Source: Salpingoeca rosetta
Taxonomy: Eukaryota > Protista > Choanoflagellata
DNA length: 61,712 nt
Assembly (NCBI GenBank): GCA_033442325.1
Contig: JAWQFM010000016.1
Span: 613,642-675,353 of the forward strand
Reading direction: 5' to 3'
The notes under the pieces were generated by a model that made no database searches, was not told the origin of the DNA, and was given only the letters and a program-made list of their open reading frames with translations. Made by a program: the position numbers and the translations under genes. Positions 17,048-33,453 of the stretch are shown one piece after another (position 1 is the first letter of the stretch; each line of letters starts with the position of its first letter).

Positions 17048-19143
17048 ATGAATATGTGCGTATGTGTACGAATATGTGTATGTGTGCGAATATGTGTGCG
17101 CGAATATGTATATATGTGTGTGTGTGCGAATATGTGTGTGCGCGAATAAGTGTATGTGTATGTGTGTGAATATATGTGTGTGTATGTGTGGGTGTGTGCG
17201 TGTGTTGGTTCTTGTATGAAGTGTATGTGTAAGTGGCATGAGCTCGTCATCCATATACTGGTGCGAGTGGCATACGTTCAGCGTACTCACACGTTGGCAT
17301 CTGCATCGCCCCCCAATGCCTCAGGTTGCTGCGGTCAAGACTGCGGCGGCACAAAACGCTGCGTTAGTGACCATCTCTGCCCACATCAACACACTCCTTC
17401 GCAGATACCCAGGTGTGCGTGCATGCCTGCGAACATGTGTGAGCTCAAGTATGATCCGCTGTGCATGCTGGCGTGCCGTGCACGTGTTTCATCGCATGCA
17501 GACGACACAACCTCATGTTAGCACATTGCTGTGCACGCGTGTTTGTGTGCCTGTGTTTTGGGCTGTCCAGAGCACATCTCTGAGGCGGCTGCAGCGGTTT
17601 CCTCAACCATCTCCAACACACTGTCTATCCGACCGGGCCGAAGCAGATCAATTCGTCCGTAAGTTGACGTGTATGCATGCAGTGGGAAGGAGGGAGTGAC
17701 ATGGTTTGCGTGCAATTTCAACGGTGAAGGAGCAATCACACATTCACGCAAGCCACGAGCGCAACAAATCAGCCCGCAGTCGCATTCATGTTGTCACACA
17801 GTGCGGTTACGGTTACATGCTCGTTCGTTTGCCGCCATGTGTCTCACGCTCATCTCGTGTGGTGTGGTGTGATGCAGGCATGCCAACTTCCGCTTCTGCT
17901 GTGATCTTGTGCGCACCATACCCGCAACCAAGTTGCACGTCAAAGAGGTGTTTGCCTGTGCACGCGTATGCGTGTGTATGCGTGTATTCGTGTATTCGTG
18001 TATGCGTGTATGCATGTGCATGTGTATGTGCGTGTGCGTGTGTGCACGTCCATGCGTGCATATGGCACGCTGGTGTGCGCATACGCGTGCCTGCAAATGT
18101 GCACCTTTGCCTTGCTTCGTGCTTGCCTCATACGCATATCACACGTTGCAGCTTTTGGAGTGCACCAGATTGCCCTTGAAAGTGCAAGAAGTGATCAGCA
18201 ACACAGCTTTGCCAGGAGACGTTCGCGATGCCGCGTGCAAGGTGAGGGGCTTGTGCGTCAGCAATTCTGTGGACGACGTTTCACGCCCCAAAGTACAACA
18301 CATACGCACATAAATTAATCTCTGCAACGTTCTCACAGCAACAACATGTTGTTGCATGCATGTATGTGTGTGCATGCTTATGTTCATGTGTGTGTGTTCA
18401 TGTGCGTGCATGTGTATGTTCATGTGTGTGTGTGTGTATGTTCATATGTGTGTGTATAGTTCCTTGATCTCCTCTTTCCAGATTTGCTCATCTGCAAGAT
18501 TTGCCTGGACAAGATGGATGAGCCGGTAAGATGCTTGCAGGCAACCATTGTGACACGTGTTCCGCACATATCAGCGTGCTGTTTTCGCGTCCCCTGACTG
18601 AGTCCGTTTCCTCTTCTCCCAGTTTACCACGCTGTGTGCTGTGTTTGCTGTTTGCTGGTTGTGTCTCAGGTGAAGTTATGCAGGCAGTCTGGCGGTGAGC
18701 ACTACCACAAGTTGGAATGCGTTCACCGCTTCTGCAAGGCCTGCGTCCAGGTAAGCACTCTGTGTGTGTGAGTGTGCGTGTGTGTTTCAATGTCTGCAAA
18801 GGTTCATTTGCGTGTGCGCACAAGTACACGTGTGATATGCCTGCACATGAGTTTGTGCCATCTGTGCTTGGCTGGGAGCTTGCAAAGCTGTGCATAGCAC
18901 ACGTTCACCGCGTGTGCCACCGCTGGCTGTTTTGCCGCTGCTTCTTGCCTTTGTCCACGTGTGCAGAGCTGGCTTCGTATTGGCATTCGAGATATGCAGA
19001 CTGTGTTTGCTTGTCCCGTTCCAAAGTGCAGGTAGGCTGTGAAAGAAGAGGGATGTGCAGTTTTGCTCGCGGTTTGCGTCTGCATGCATGCAACACCACC
19101 CGCCCATCGAGCACGTCTGCCTCGTCTTGCCTTGCCTACAAAG

Positions 19144-19192
<49 letters not shown>

Positions 19193-19218
19193 CACACACA
19201 CACGCACACACACGCACG

Positions 19219-19280
<62 letters not shown>

Positions 19281-19700
19281 CACGCACACACACGCACACA
19301 CACGCACACGCACACACATACACGCACACCCATGTGTTCAGGTTCATCCTGTATCCTGATGATGTGAAGCGGTTGGCGGATTCGGACGCTTATTCCAAGT
19401 ACCAACACTTGATGTCACGCAGCTATGACAAGAAACTCCACCAGATGAAGAGGGACGGCCTGGTTGGGTTCGCAGAGACGCACTGCTGTGTTTGCCCGCG
19501 CTGTCACGTCATCATCGAACGTGAGCATATGTTGTGATCTTGTGACGTGATGTGTTGCGTCTGCAGTGTTGTATGATGTGTGTATCGTTGTAATGTGTCG
19601 TGCAACGGTTTGTACATGTGTGTTGCTTGTATGTCGAGTGCAATTGAGCGTTTGTTGCTGTGTTGTTCAAGTACCACTCTCTCACGAGTTACCACCCCGC

Positions 19701-19742
<42 letters not shown>

Positions 19743-19862
19743 TCCACATCAGGAGCTGCTGGCTGCGATTCCATGCGATGCATTTGCGGAAATGTTTTCA
19801 ACTTCAGCGCAACGCGCATTCGCAAGGGCCACGTGCCAGCCCCCGTTCGTGTTCCCATCTAA
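10930..19862 (+). CDS. Large multi-exon ankyrin-repeat + IQ-motif protein with C-terminal RING1 and Rcat/RING2-like domain (atypical RBR-type E3 ligase)
   Basis: Ankyrin repeats ([44 protein letters not shown]) and IQ motif [19 protein letters not shown]3HC4 RING CKIC...[10 protein letters not shown]...CPVPKC, then [27 protein letters not shown]. Exon phases checked at most junctions, to TAA 19860-19862. Confidence 0.8.
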
Positions 19863-20247
19863 AGTTCTCAAGCGTGTTGTCACAGAATTGTTGTGTGTTA
19901 CACGTTTTCGTTGGGGGAACATTGGTGGCGACTGCTTGTTTCATTACTGCTTCTTTGTTCAGCATTTGTCTCAGTGACATGGATGAGTGAATGTCTGTGC
20001 GTGTGTGTGCTTTATTATGTTGGCATAACTGGGCATTGAGAAGTATGCAATGAAGCCATAACAAGAGGAAATTAACGTGGATCCCTGATGAACGAGGGCT
20101 GATGAATGGCGAGTTGCAGCAGGTGCACACATACACACACGAAAATACACACACACACGCACGCACACACAGATCACCACAGATCAACACAGATCACCAC
20201 AGCTCAACACAGATAACCACACATACACACATATACGCACGCATGCG

Positions 20248-24372
<4,125 letters not shown>

Positions 24373-24706
24373 CTTCGTTGCTTGTTTGAAACAAGTCTGT
24401 GGGGAAGTGAGAAATGGCCAAAGTTGTTGATGACTGTGCTTTTGTTCGTCTTCCTTGCTTGCTTGCTTGTCGAGTTCTCGAGTTGTTTGTTCATTCCTTC
24501 TTTTTTTTTTTTTTGATGTAAAACTTTAATGGTGTCGCTTGCCCCGGTGGTGGGGTTGCCCGCAAGCGACACGTCGTGGTTGCCAGATCAGTTGGAGAAG
24601 GCAGAAAGCATAAGTAGAAGAAAGCACAAGAGCACAAGACGGCAGCAGAGCCCGCGGCACCGTTGCGCGATACGCAAACAAAACGAATTAAATCACACGT
24701 GCACAC

Positions 24707-24953
24707 GACCCGAGTCCGCTTCGAAGTGGGGGGAAGCATTCGTATTAATAGGTGGGTCACACGTCGCGACCCTAGGGCCGGCTGGAGGGGTACCCACTAT
24801 CGAACTAGTGGGTGGGTGCTAACGCCGCTGCCGCCGGCTGCGAGACGGCGCGTCTGCCGCCCGGCCCTTCCCCGTCGACCGTATCGGTGGCGCTGCGGCC
24901 GGCCTCCGGGGGTTGGGTCGCGGGTTGGCGGGTCCGACGGCTTCCGCAGTCGG
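24707..24953. other. GC-rich, nested self-complementary element (candidate structured ncRNA or short interspersed element)
   Basis: Nested stems 24707-12/24929-34, 24765-72/24915-22, 24774-81/24861-68 and hairpins 24792-813, 24843-55, 24934-53. No family recognised. Confidence 0.35.
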
Positions 24954-24974
24954 GGCGTCCGCTGTGCCGTGGCT

Positions 24975-25032
24975 GTAGTTGTGGTTGTTGTTGTAGTTGT
25001 GGTTGTTGTTGTTGTTGTTGTTGTTGGTGTGG

Positions 25033-25075
<43 letters not shown>

Positions 25076-25110
25076 GGTTGTTGTTGGCGTGGTTGTTGTT
25101 GTTGTTGTGG
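24975..25110. repeat. (GTT)n microsatellite, degenerate
   Basis: Seen directly, abutting the GC-rich element. Confidence 0.95.
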
Positions 25111-25454
25111 TGGTGGCGGTGGTGGTGTGGCGGCGGTTGCCTGCCTTTGTCGTCTCTTTCTGCGTCCGTCTCCGCGGCGAGGCGGTCGTGATGTGATGAC
25201 ACACATTGTACTTCCCCTCCTCACACTCCAACACCCACAATACGGAAACAGCGCAGACACAGCGCAGACATAGGGTCACGTAGGCAGTCGATATGACTGA
25301 TATATGAACAGCGTTTCGGTTAGAAATTATTCTCAAACACACAAGCAAGCATTGTGAACGCCACAGTGGTATGTACTCGCACGCCAACTCTGTCACCCGC
25401 TCTCTAGCGCTCTTGTCAACATAACAAGCGCCAATCAATCGGCTGCTTGTGTCA

Positions 25455-26799
25455 TCAGTCTTGGGCAGGGTGGCTGCGGTCCAGCGTCGACTCCTCCTTT
25501 CGGCAGCCTCCATCATCGCCATACTGACAATCACCATCACCACCATCACCAGCGCCACACTGACCATGGCAACCAGTGCCACGCACACCATCACCGCTGC
25601 CGCTGCCATTAGTGCGCGTGCTGCCCATCACCAACGACACGTCCTCGTGAGTCGATGCCGCGACGACGGCGCCCGCAGCGGGGCCAAGCGACAGGACGGA
25701 GTGGGTGGACGCCGACTTGGACAGGAACGCCGTGGAGATGGCGCTGCTGCTGCTGGCTGTGCTGAAGGGGGCGGGCGGCGCATGCTTCAACACGCCAAGA
25801 AACAGCCGCTGGGCCGGCACGTGGCACGTGCACTCGCAACCGTCGCCCAGGCACGCCGCGCCAAGTACGCACGTGTGGCACGCCGACTTGGTGCTGCCGC
25901 TGCCCTGCCTGATACCATCCGCAGGCAGTGCATGATCGCCATCAAGGCCACCAGCATCGCCACCGCCAACAGGAGCACCATCGCCAACGCAACCACCACA
26001 GGTGTCGGTGTCCTCAACCATAAAGGCGCCTCGGAACGAGTGGCGCTGGCGCGTGAGCGTAGACCGCCTGGCCGCGCCACCCTCTGCCACGCAGCTGCGA
26101 CCTTTGATGCTGCAGCTGCTGCCGGTGGAGTCTTGCCCGTTGTTGGCACCACTGGCTTGGCTGTTGTCGCTGTTGCTGTTGCTGCCATGATCATCGGTGC
26201 GGCTGGTGTTGCTGCAAATGGTGTTGCTGTTGCTGATGCTGTCATTGTTGTTGCTGTCAAGAACTTGTACACTCAGGCGACCGGGCTTGTGTGCAGAGCT
26301 CCTCTTGCTGCTATTGCTGCTGTTGATACTGCTGTTGGCGTTGCTGCTGCTGGCGTGGCTGAGGTCGACCCAGTCAGTGCCGGCCACTTGGCTGAGGGCA
26401 AACGACGACGTGTTGCGGCGCATGCAGTGGTCAGAGCTCAGCCGATGCGCGCTGGCAAACTGCTCACGAAAGTGCACCAGATCGTGCACGGAGCGGCGCC
26501 GGCCGTTGTCGCCCAGGCCCTCCTTGCCGACACCACACTCGGAGACAGGCATTGTGGTGTGCCTGCGCGCCGTTGCTTGCGGCGGTGCTGTTTCCTGGAT
26601 GGTGTCGAAGGTATGCAGGGTCCATGTGTCGCCAGCAAGGTCGAGGGTGGCGTGGGAGCGTCGCAGGGAGGAACGTCCACGACGCCGCGGCGATGACGCC
26701 GAGGACGATGATGACGGCGAAGCCGGCGTGGGCGCAGGTGTTGACCCCCGGTGCTGATGGAGAAGCACAATGTCACCGTAGCTGCTGCGGCCACTGCTA

Positions 26800-26853
<54 letters not shown>

Positions 26854-27419
26854 AGGTCGTTGCTGGTGAGGTTGTTGTTGGTGGGGTTCCTAATGTTCAT
26901 GAGGGCGCGTTGCTCTCTCGCCAAGGAACCGCGTGCGCGTTGGGGCGTACCAGCAACCGTGGCAGCGGCGGTTGGGTCGGCCATGCCAGCCACGTCTTCT
27001 GCCTCTTCGATGCTGTCCTCCTCCTTGATTTGGGTGAGGCTGCTGCCGACTCCACCGTGATTGCTTCTTGCTCCGATGCTGGTGCTGCTGCTGTGGCTGC
27101 TCATGGATCGCTTGAGGCGCAGGGACGAGGAGGATGATGAGCGCGAGGAATCCTCAAGGCAAAGAGGGATGCGGGGCGGGGCGGCAATGTCTCTGCACCG
27201 AGGCCCGCTGAGCTTTGTGTGCTGCTGCTGAGCGTCTTGCTGCTCCTGTTGCTCCTGAGGTTGGTGCTGTCTCGTTGCTGGGCACACCTGCGCATGGTGC
27301 GCGTGTTGTTCGTGTTGGTCGTGCTTCTGTGGACGTTGCAGGTGCTGCTGCTGCTTTGCCTTGGCAGGAGACTGGGTTGTCTTGGTGTTGGACTCAGAAG
27401 CGCCCTTGGCAGACAGCAT
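25455..27419 (-). CDS. Intronless 654-aa Ser/Asn/Gln-rich hypothetical protein with a small Cys cluster
   Basis: Long ATG-initiated ORF free of dinucleotide microsatellites, with in-frame trinucleotide repeats and CHTCVLGAACLGDGCECTCH near the C-terminus. No recognised domain. Confidence 0.7.
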
Positions 27420-29294
27420 CCTGCTGTTGTTCTTGTGTATGTGTGTGATGGGTGGGGGAGGGGGAAGAAGATGGGACGAGTTTGCCGAGGTCGCTGCGAG
27501 CGCCGTGAGACTTCAGCCGCACTGTCAGAACAAAATACGCTCAGTCAGAGCTCGCTGGCTGCTTGCTTGCTGTTTGCTGGAAGCGGGAGCTCCTTTCCTT
27601 AAACAAAAGTTTGGGAGAGTTTGAGGGGTGAGGTGGCGGCGGTGTGTATCTGTCCTTATGTGTCTCCTCCGAGCTGCACTGGGAAGCTTGTGGCCACTTG
27701 AGGGGTTGTCGACGCGCGTTCAGCGTTCAGGTGTGTTGGAGAGAAAATGACAGCACCAAGCAAGCGAGCCTGCGGGCATGTACAAGTTCAGGAGACAAAG
27801 TGTGAAGTGAGGGGTGGCATTGCTTGAGTCAAGTCATGCATCTCGTTCCGTTCGCTTCTTCTTCTCGTCGCGAGAACACCCAAGCAGTTTGAAGATGCCT
27901 CGCACCCGACCACTTCCGCTTGGAACGCGCCCATTTTACATACATACAGGCTCACACACACAGAGCTATGAGAGCACAAAAGAGGACGGGCAACATTCCA
28001 TACTTCCACAGGCGTTCGCGAAACCACGTCAGGTCAAAGCAGCAACAACAGCTTCCCCACTTATTCGGGCAACTTCACCTGTATGGGTGCGATTGACGGG
28101 CGTGGATGGCTTGGGTGCGAATGTTGGGGTAGGTTGGTGGTTGGTTGGTGGTTGTGCTTGGTTGGTGCTTGGTTGGTGCTTGGTTGGAGCACAATCCTTA
28201 CAGCACTTTGCACTGCTTTGCAGTGTTTAGCAGCTGTTGCAGTCATCTGCCACCTGCTGGTCATGCGTTCATGCGTTCATGCGGCACTGCTGCTTGTGCT
28301 GCTGCTGCTTGCGCTTCGGCTGACTGGTGGTGTTCACTCACGTAAACACTGTGAGAGCGAAGGTATTGTCACGCCGCTTCGTTGTGCATGTGGATTGAAA
28401 AGGAAAGAAGGAAGGCAGTTAGATCATGCGATATGAGGATATGATGGGCCTCTGCGCGCGCGAGTGCGTGGTTGTCCAGCTCTCTTCGTTCGTCAGCCTT
28501 CTTCCTCGCAGCGTGGAGGGCTTCCTTCTTCATGCATGCCACTCAGTCGCATATCGAAAGAAGCATGTCGGCATCACTCTGCGGGCGCTTGCCTCGTGTC
28601 GCAGCTGCGCATCGCATGCCTGCTTGCGTAGGGCGCGACGTTTCAAACGTTTTGCATCAGTCCCGCTGCTGGTTGGGTATTCGCCTACTTGTAGGCCATT
28701 CCCGCGACATCGGCCTACAAACAGGAATGCGGGCAAGCAAGAAGCAAACAAGAAGTCATTTCCGAGAAGGTTGCGGGCCCCAAGAAGCACAGCAGCCAGG
28801 AAGCAAACAAAAGCACCGCGACGAAGCGAACCAGCAAGAAGCAAAGCAAGCAACAAGCGGGCGCGAAGCGAAGGAGGAACAAGGTGGCAAGCAACAAGCA
28901 CAGCAAGAAGCGCCAGCGAGCGAAACTGATTCACCAGCAAACAAATCGCGTTTCGATTCGTGCGATAGGTTTAACATACAACATAACAACCACCAGCCAG
29001 CGCAACACAACGAAATACGCCAACCCCCTGGTCGAACCACCACCACCCCAGATCCAGCCAGCCTCACACGCGTATCGACACGACAGCGAAAGAGCGAACC
29101 CTCTTCCCCCCCCCCCCGTTTTTTTTTTATGTTCTGTCGACGCTGCCAACTGAACCGGTTTTCCCAGCCAACCCAGGGGCAAGCCGCGTGTGGCAGCAGC
29201 GTCGTGCGCGCGTTCCTGTTCATCCCTCGACCTTAGTTGTGTTTGGTTTTGTTTTTCTCAGTCGCCGCCATACTCTGAAACACACACACACACA

Positions 29295-29370
<76 letters not shown>

Positions 29371-29371
29371 T

Positions 29372-30508
29372 ATGGATCCGGAGCGCCAGGGTGGAGGCGA
29401 CGATGCTGTGGCAGACTTTGCCTTCACGATGAGCTCCAGCGGCCCGTCCGCTCCACACTATGCGCGCGGTGACGCCCAGAGCACGTTCTTCCCGCCTGTC
29501 CAGGAACAACACCCGCCATCGCAGAGCAAGCCATGGCCATATGTGATGATGCCGACTTACAGCATGCCCAGCTGCGATCCCCAGCCGGGCGCCTGCAGCA
29601 ACAGCAACAGCAGAAACAGCACGAGCAACTGCAGCAGCACATGCGCGGGTACGGAGTACGCGGATGGCCAAGAACCCACGCCAACACCGCTGTGCTTTGC
29701 ACACGGCGCGCCGCAAGACGTGATGGAATCGCTCATCGACTCGACCGTCGACTTTTCCGGGTTTGCCCTCACACATCACGGGCAACTACAGCAACGCCAA
29801 CACCAACAACAACAACAACTCCAACAACTACAGCAACGCCAACACCAACACCAACAACTCCAACACCAACGCCACCAACAACTCCAACACCAACACCAAG
29901 AACAACAGCAACACCACCAGCAACAACAACACCACCAGCACCACCAACAGGGAAGCTTCGCGCCGTGGCAAGTGCAGCAGGCCCACCACCACTACAACCT
30001 TCACGCTCAGGTGCAACATGCATCAATGGAAGACGCAGGCGAAACGTTACACGCCCAACTGCAGCACCTCTCGCTCTCACACCAAACTGGGCCGAGCACC
30101 AGCAACTTTCTGCAGGCGACGGCCACAAACACACAAGATGACGAAGAGGACACGCAGGAAACTGCGCTCGCTTACGATGGCATCGAACCTGCCTTTGCCA
30201 ACCCGGCACAACAACCCCAGCAGTCTCAGCCAACACAACAACAAACACCACAGCAACAGCTGCAACAATTTCAGCAGCAGTTACAACACCATCAAGCACA
30301 ACTGCAGCAACAGCAACAGCAGCAGGACGACGGTGTTGTCTGGGGTGACTGCATGATGAACTGTAGTGGTGGAGGTGGTGGTGGCGGCGATGGCGATGGA
30401 GAGGATGGACGCGACGACGAGCGGGAACTCTCGTTTCTCCTGAACCAGGCGCAGCTTGCGCCCTCCACTTCGCCCCATGACGGCTTTCAGATGTCGTACA
30501 TTGCATAG
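29372..30508 (+). CDS. Intronless 378-aa Gln/His-rich hypothetical protein
   Basis: ATG-TAG ORF with polyQ/H tracts in host coding style. No recognised domain. Confidence 0.65.
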   Translation: MDPERQGGGDDAVADFAFTMSSSGPSAPHYARGDAQSTFFPPVQEQHPPSQSKPWPYVMMPTYSMPSCDPQPGACSNSNSRNSTSNCSSTCAGTEYADGQEPTPTPLCFAHGAPQDVMESLIDSTVDFSGFALTHHGQLQQRQHQQQQQLQQLQQRQHQHQQLQHQRHQQLQHQHQEQQQHHQQQQHHQHHQQGSFAPWQVQQAHHHYNLHAQVQHASMEDAGETLHAQLQHLSLSHQTGPSTSNFLQATATNTQDDEEDTQETALAYDGIEPAFANPAQQPQQSQPTQQQTPQQQLQQFQQQLQHHQAQLQQQQQQQDDGVVWGDCMMNCSGGGGGGGDGDGEDGRDDERELSFLLNQAQLAPSTSPHDGFQMSYIA

Positions 30509-30660
30509 CAGCAGCACGCGTGTGTGGTTTGCGTGCACGTGTTGCTGGTTGGCTTGCGTTCGTTCATTTTTGGGGCAAGGGGTGTGTGTGTGTGTCTGTG
30601 CATGTGTGTCTGTGCCTGTCTGTGTGTGTCTGTGCATGTGTGTCTGTGCCTGTGTCTGTG

Positions 30661-30711
<51 letters not shown>

Positions 30712-31026
30712 ATGTGCGTAATTATCTCTCTTTTTCCTTCCTTGTGCTACTTCCCCCTCAACCACAAGCCCAACGTCTTCGCTCCCTGGGCTGCTCGGTG
30801 AGCGCCATTCCCTCTCGCAATGCCAGCGCACGTGTTGCCGTTTATTGTGTAATAGGTCCTTCAAAGACGTGACGAGTAAATGTACAGCAAAATGCAACAA
30901 AACCATACGCGCACGCGCACGTGTGGACTCACGCCTGTACGGTGGTCGACACCGCCTTTGGCGTCGGCTGTCAAAACATAAAATCTGCGACTGACAAAGC
31001 CGACGTTACTAAAAACACCTCAATCG

Positions 31027-31115
<89 letters not shown>
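31027..31115. repeat. (CAT)n microsatellite between convergent genes
   Basis: Perfect CAT run seen directly. Confidence 0.98.
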
Positions 31116-31116
<1 letters not shown>

Positions 31117-31267
31117 GGTACTTAATCGCGTACTCTCCCACGAAAACACTTCCACAGCAAACTCAGTCATACACACAGACACATATGCACACACACACAC
31201 ACGCATACAAACACACACAGACACACATACACACACACACACAGGCACACACAAACACACACGTGCT

Positions 31268-32806
31268 TCATGCAATGTCCATCTTGGTGAGCATGGCGCT
31301 GAGTGCGTCGAGATATGCGTCGTAGGCGTCGCGGTGCCCGCCGCGAATGTTGACCGACGCAAGCACAGCCTCCCGTTGCTGCTCGTCGGCAACAGCGTCA
31401 TATGACGCCACCACGCTGCGCGTGATGCGGTCCCAAATCCCCATGTCGATCATCGTCTGCATATGCGGCGTCTTGTCGACGCGCGCCGAGGCGCGAATGA
31501 GCTCGTCCAAGGGCAGCGCACGTGTGCTCCCCTCACCGCCGGCAGCCTTGTACTTGTTCAGCCACCGTGTGAACGGCCCACGCTTCTTGTTGTTGATCTC
31601 TTTCATGGTCACGTTGAGGTTCGCCACGTCGTTAGCCGTGTGCGTGCTCACGGCGCGGGCCTTGCTCGATCGCAGGTTGTAAGCGGGCGGAAACCGCGGG
31701 TTGCGTGCAACGCCCTCCTCCCACGCGTGGTTGAGCAGCTGTATCTCCAGCACGTGGTCCACCTGCGTCTCCGCGCCCTTTGTCTCGTACGTGTGGCGTG
31801 GGATGCCCGTGTACGCGTCGCGGTTCTGGCGGTGCAACCATACGCGGCTCGCTTTGGACGACACGCCTGGCTCGCGTAGCGACACATCCTCCATGTCAAA
31901 CACACCCGCAGGCGACAAAGGAGACACGGGAGACACAGGCGAAGCACGCATTCCTGCTGCTGCTGTTGACAATGACGACGATGAGGACGATGAGGACGTC
32001 GACCATGTCGACGATGACGATGACAATGGTGCGGAGAAGCGCGCCACGCAGGAGAGGGCGTCGTCGTCCAGTGCCGGCAGCCCGTGGAAGCTGCGGATAC
32101 GGCGGTACAGGGCGCGTGCATCTTTGATGCCCCGCATATGAGACAGCTGTTCTTGCTCCGCATACGCTTGCAGCATGGGCAAGGGGGCGGAAGGTGTCAG
32201 TTCTGCAAGGGCGATGGTCCTCTGAGGACGCGTCGCCGTTTGTGTTGGTAACGACGCCGCCACTGGTTTAGGTAACGACGCAGCAACCTGCTTTAGATGC
32301 TGCTGGGACGGGGTGGGTGGTGTTACAGGAGAAGAAGACGTGCTCGTGGTGGTGTGTTGGTGGTGGTGGTGGTGGTGTCGGGCGTTGGTGCTGGTGGTTG
32401 TGCTGGTGTCCGTGTGTGGACGGGCGGATCGCGGCTCGCATACCGATGCCGCCGGCAACGAGGGTGGCGTGGAAGCGGGAACCTTTGGTCGTGCGGTGGG
32501 AGTGTGTGTTCCTGTGGTTGGCCTCAAGCCGGATGCTGGTTTCGTTGTCCTTGTGTTTGTTGTGGCAACGCTTGAGGAAGGCGATTTGCGTGTCCAGGTT
32601 GCCCGCCGCTCCATCTCGCGAATTTCCTTGATGATGCGATCGTACAGCTCCGAGGCGCTCCTGGCCTTTGCTGTGAGGTTGTTCCGGCGCACAAATGCCC
32701 TCAGATCATCCCTGCCTGCGCGCTGTCCGCCAAGCACTCGCAACTGCTCCCGCAGCTGCACAGCACGCACGGCGGCAAGAGCTGCATCAGCGTTGTGTTC
32801 GGCCAT
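31268..32806 (-). CDS. Intronless protein with two SAP/HEH-like helical repeats and a C-terminal HNH (beta-beta-alpha-Me)-like nuclease domain
   Basis: The ORF is open to 33001 and the likely ATG is 32806 (MAEHNAD). C-terminal RDAYTG...QVDHVLEIQ...NDVANLNVTMKEINNKKRGPF fits the HNH pattern DH...NL.......N..K. Confidence 0.7.
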   Translation of the reverse strand: MAEHNADAALAAVRAVQLREQLRVLGGQRAGRDDLRAFVRRNNLTAKARSASELYDRIIKEIREMERRATWTRKSPSSSVATTNTRTTKPASGLRPTTGTHTPTARPKVPASTPPSLPAASVCEPRSARPHTDTSTTTSTNARHHHHHHQHTTTSTSSSPVTPPTPSQQHLKQVAASLPKPVAASLPTQTATRPQRTIALAELTPSAPLPMLQAYAEQEQLSHMRGIKDARALYRRIRSFHGLPALDDDALSCVARFSAPLSSSSSTWSTSSSSSSSSLSTAAAGMRASPVSPVSPLSPAGVFDMEDVSLREPGVSSKASRVWLHRQNRDAYTGIPRHTYETKGAETQVDHVLEIQLLNHAWEEGVARNPRFPPAYNLRSSKARAVSTHTANDVANLNVTMKEINNKKRGPFTRWLNKYKAAGGEGSTRALPLDELIRASARVDKTPHMQTMIDMGIWDRITRSVVASYDAVADEQQREAVLASVNIRGGHRDAYDAYLDALSAMLTKMDIA

Positions 32807-33281
32807 CACTCTGCGACACCATGAAAGAAAATTGCGGATAATTGCTCGAAGACTTACGTCATTCGTCATCAATCCACACTTCGACCCCACTTCTTTTTGC
32901 GAGGCAGAAGAAGAGGTGTGTTTTGCTTGCTTCTGACAATGAGGGCTGCGACTTTGATCCTGGCTTCTTGCTGGCTCGCTTGGTGGTCTTGCTTGGCTCA
33001 CTTCTTACCAGGGTGCACAGAGCCTGGTAGTGTGAGGTGTGATGATCGCACATATGTCGTAGGCCTTGCTGCAGTCACGAAAGGGTGACGCAAGTCACGC
33101 GCTGGCCGCCACAAGCAAGCAAACGGCCTGTGTCTGTGTTATGTTTGTTACATTACTGTTACTTCGCTTGTTTTCACCAGAGCACTTTTTCGTCTTGCCA
33201 TTGATCACAGGATCATTCTTTTGTTTTGTTGAGTGATTCGACGGTCCCTGTATACAGCCGACAACACCTGCTTCCAGCACC

Positions 33282-33395
33282 ATGAGTCACCATGGGAGAG
33301 CCTCGGTGTGTGTGTTTGTGTGTTTGTGTGTTTGTGTGTTTGTGCCTGTGAGGGAGTGTGTGAGTGAGTGTGTGTGTGTGTGAGTGTGTGTGTGT

Positions 33396-33453
<58 letters not shown>

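Noticed and set aside
24772-24813. Helitron 3' end (hairpin + CTAG on the minus strand)
   Set aside because: CTAG is not followed by T (no AT target), and no TC 5' end or Rep/helicase sequence was seen.
24776-24845. HDV-like ribozyme (GGCCGGC...GCCGGCT P1-like pair)
   Set aside because: No P3/L3 of the right size, no GG for P1.1 after the P1 3' strand, and no P2 closure.
28426-29236. Overlapping 167-254 aa ORFs in the divergent spacer
   Set aside because: No coding-like composition or motifs. Reads as promoter/5'UTR sequence.
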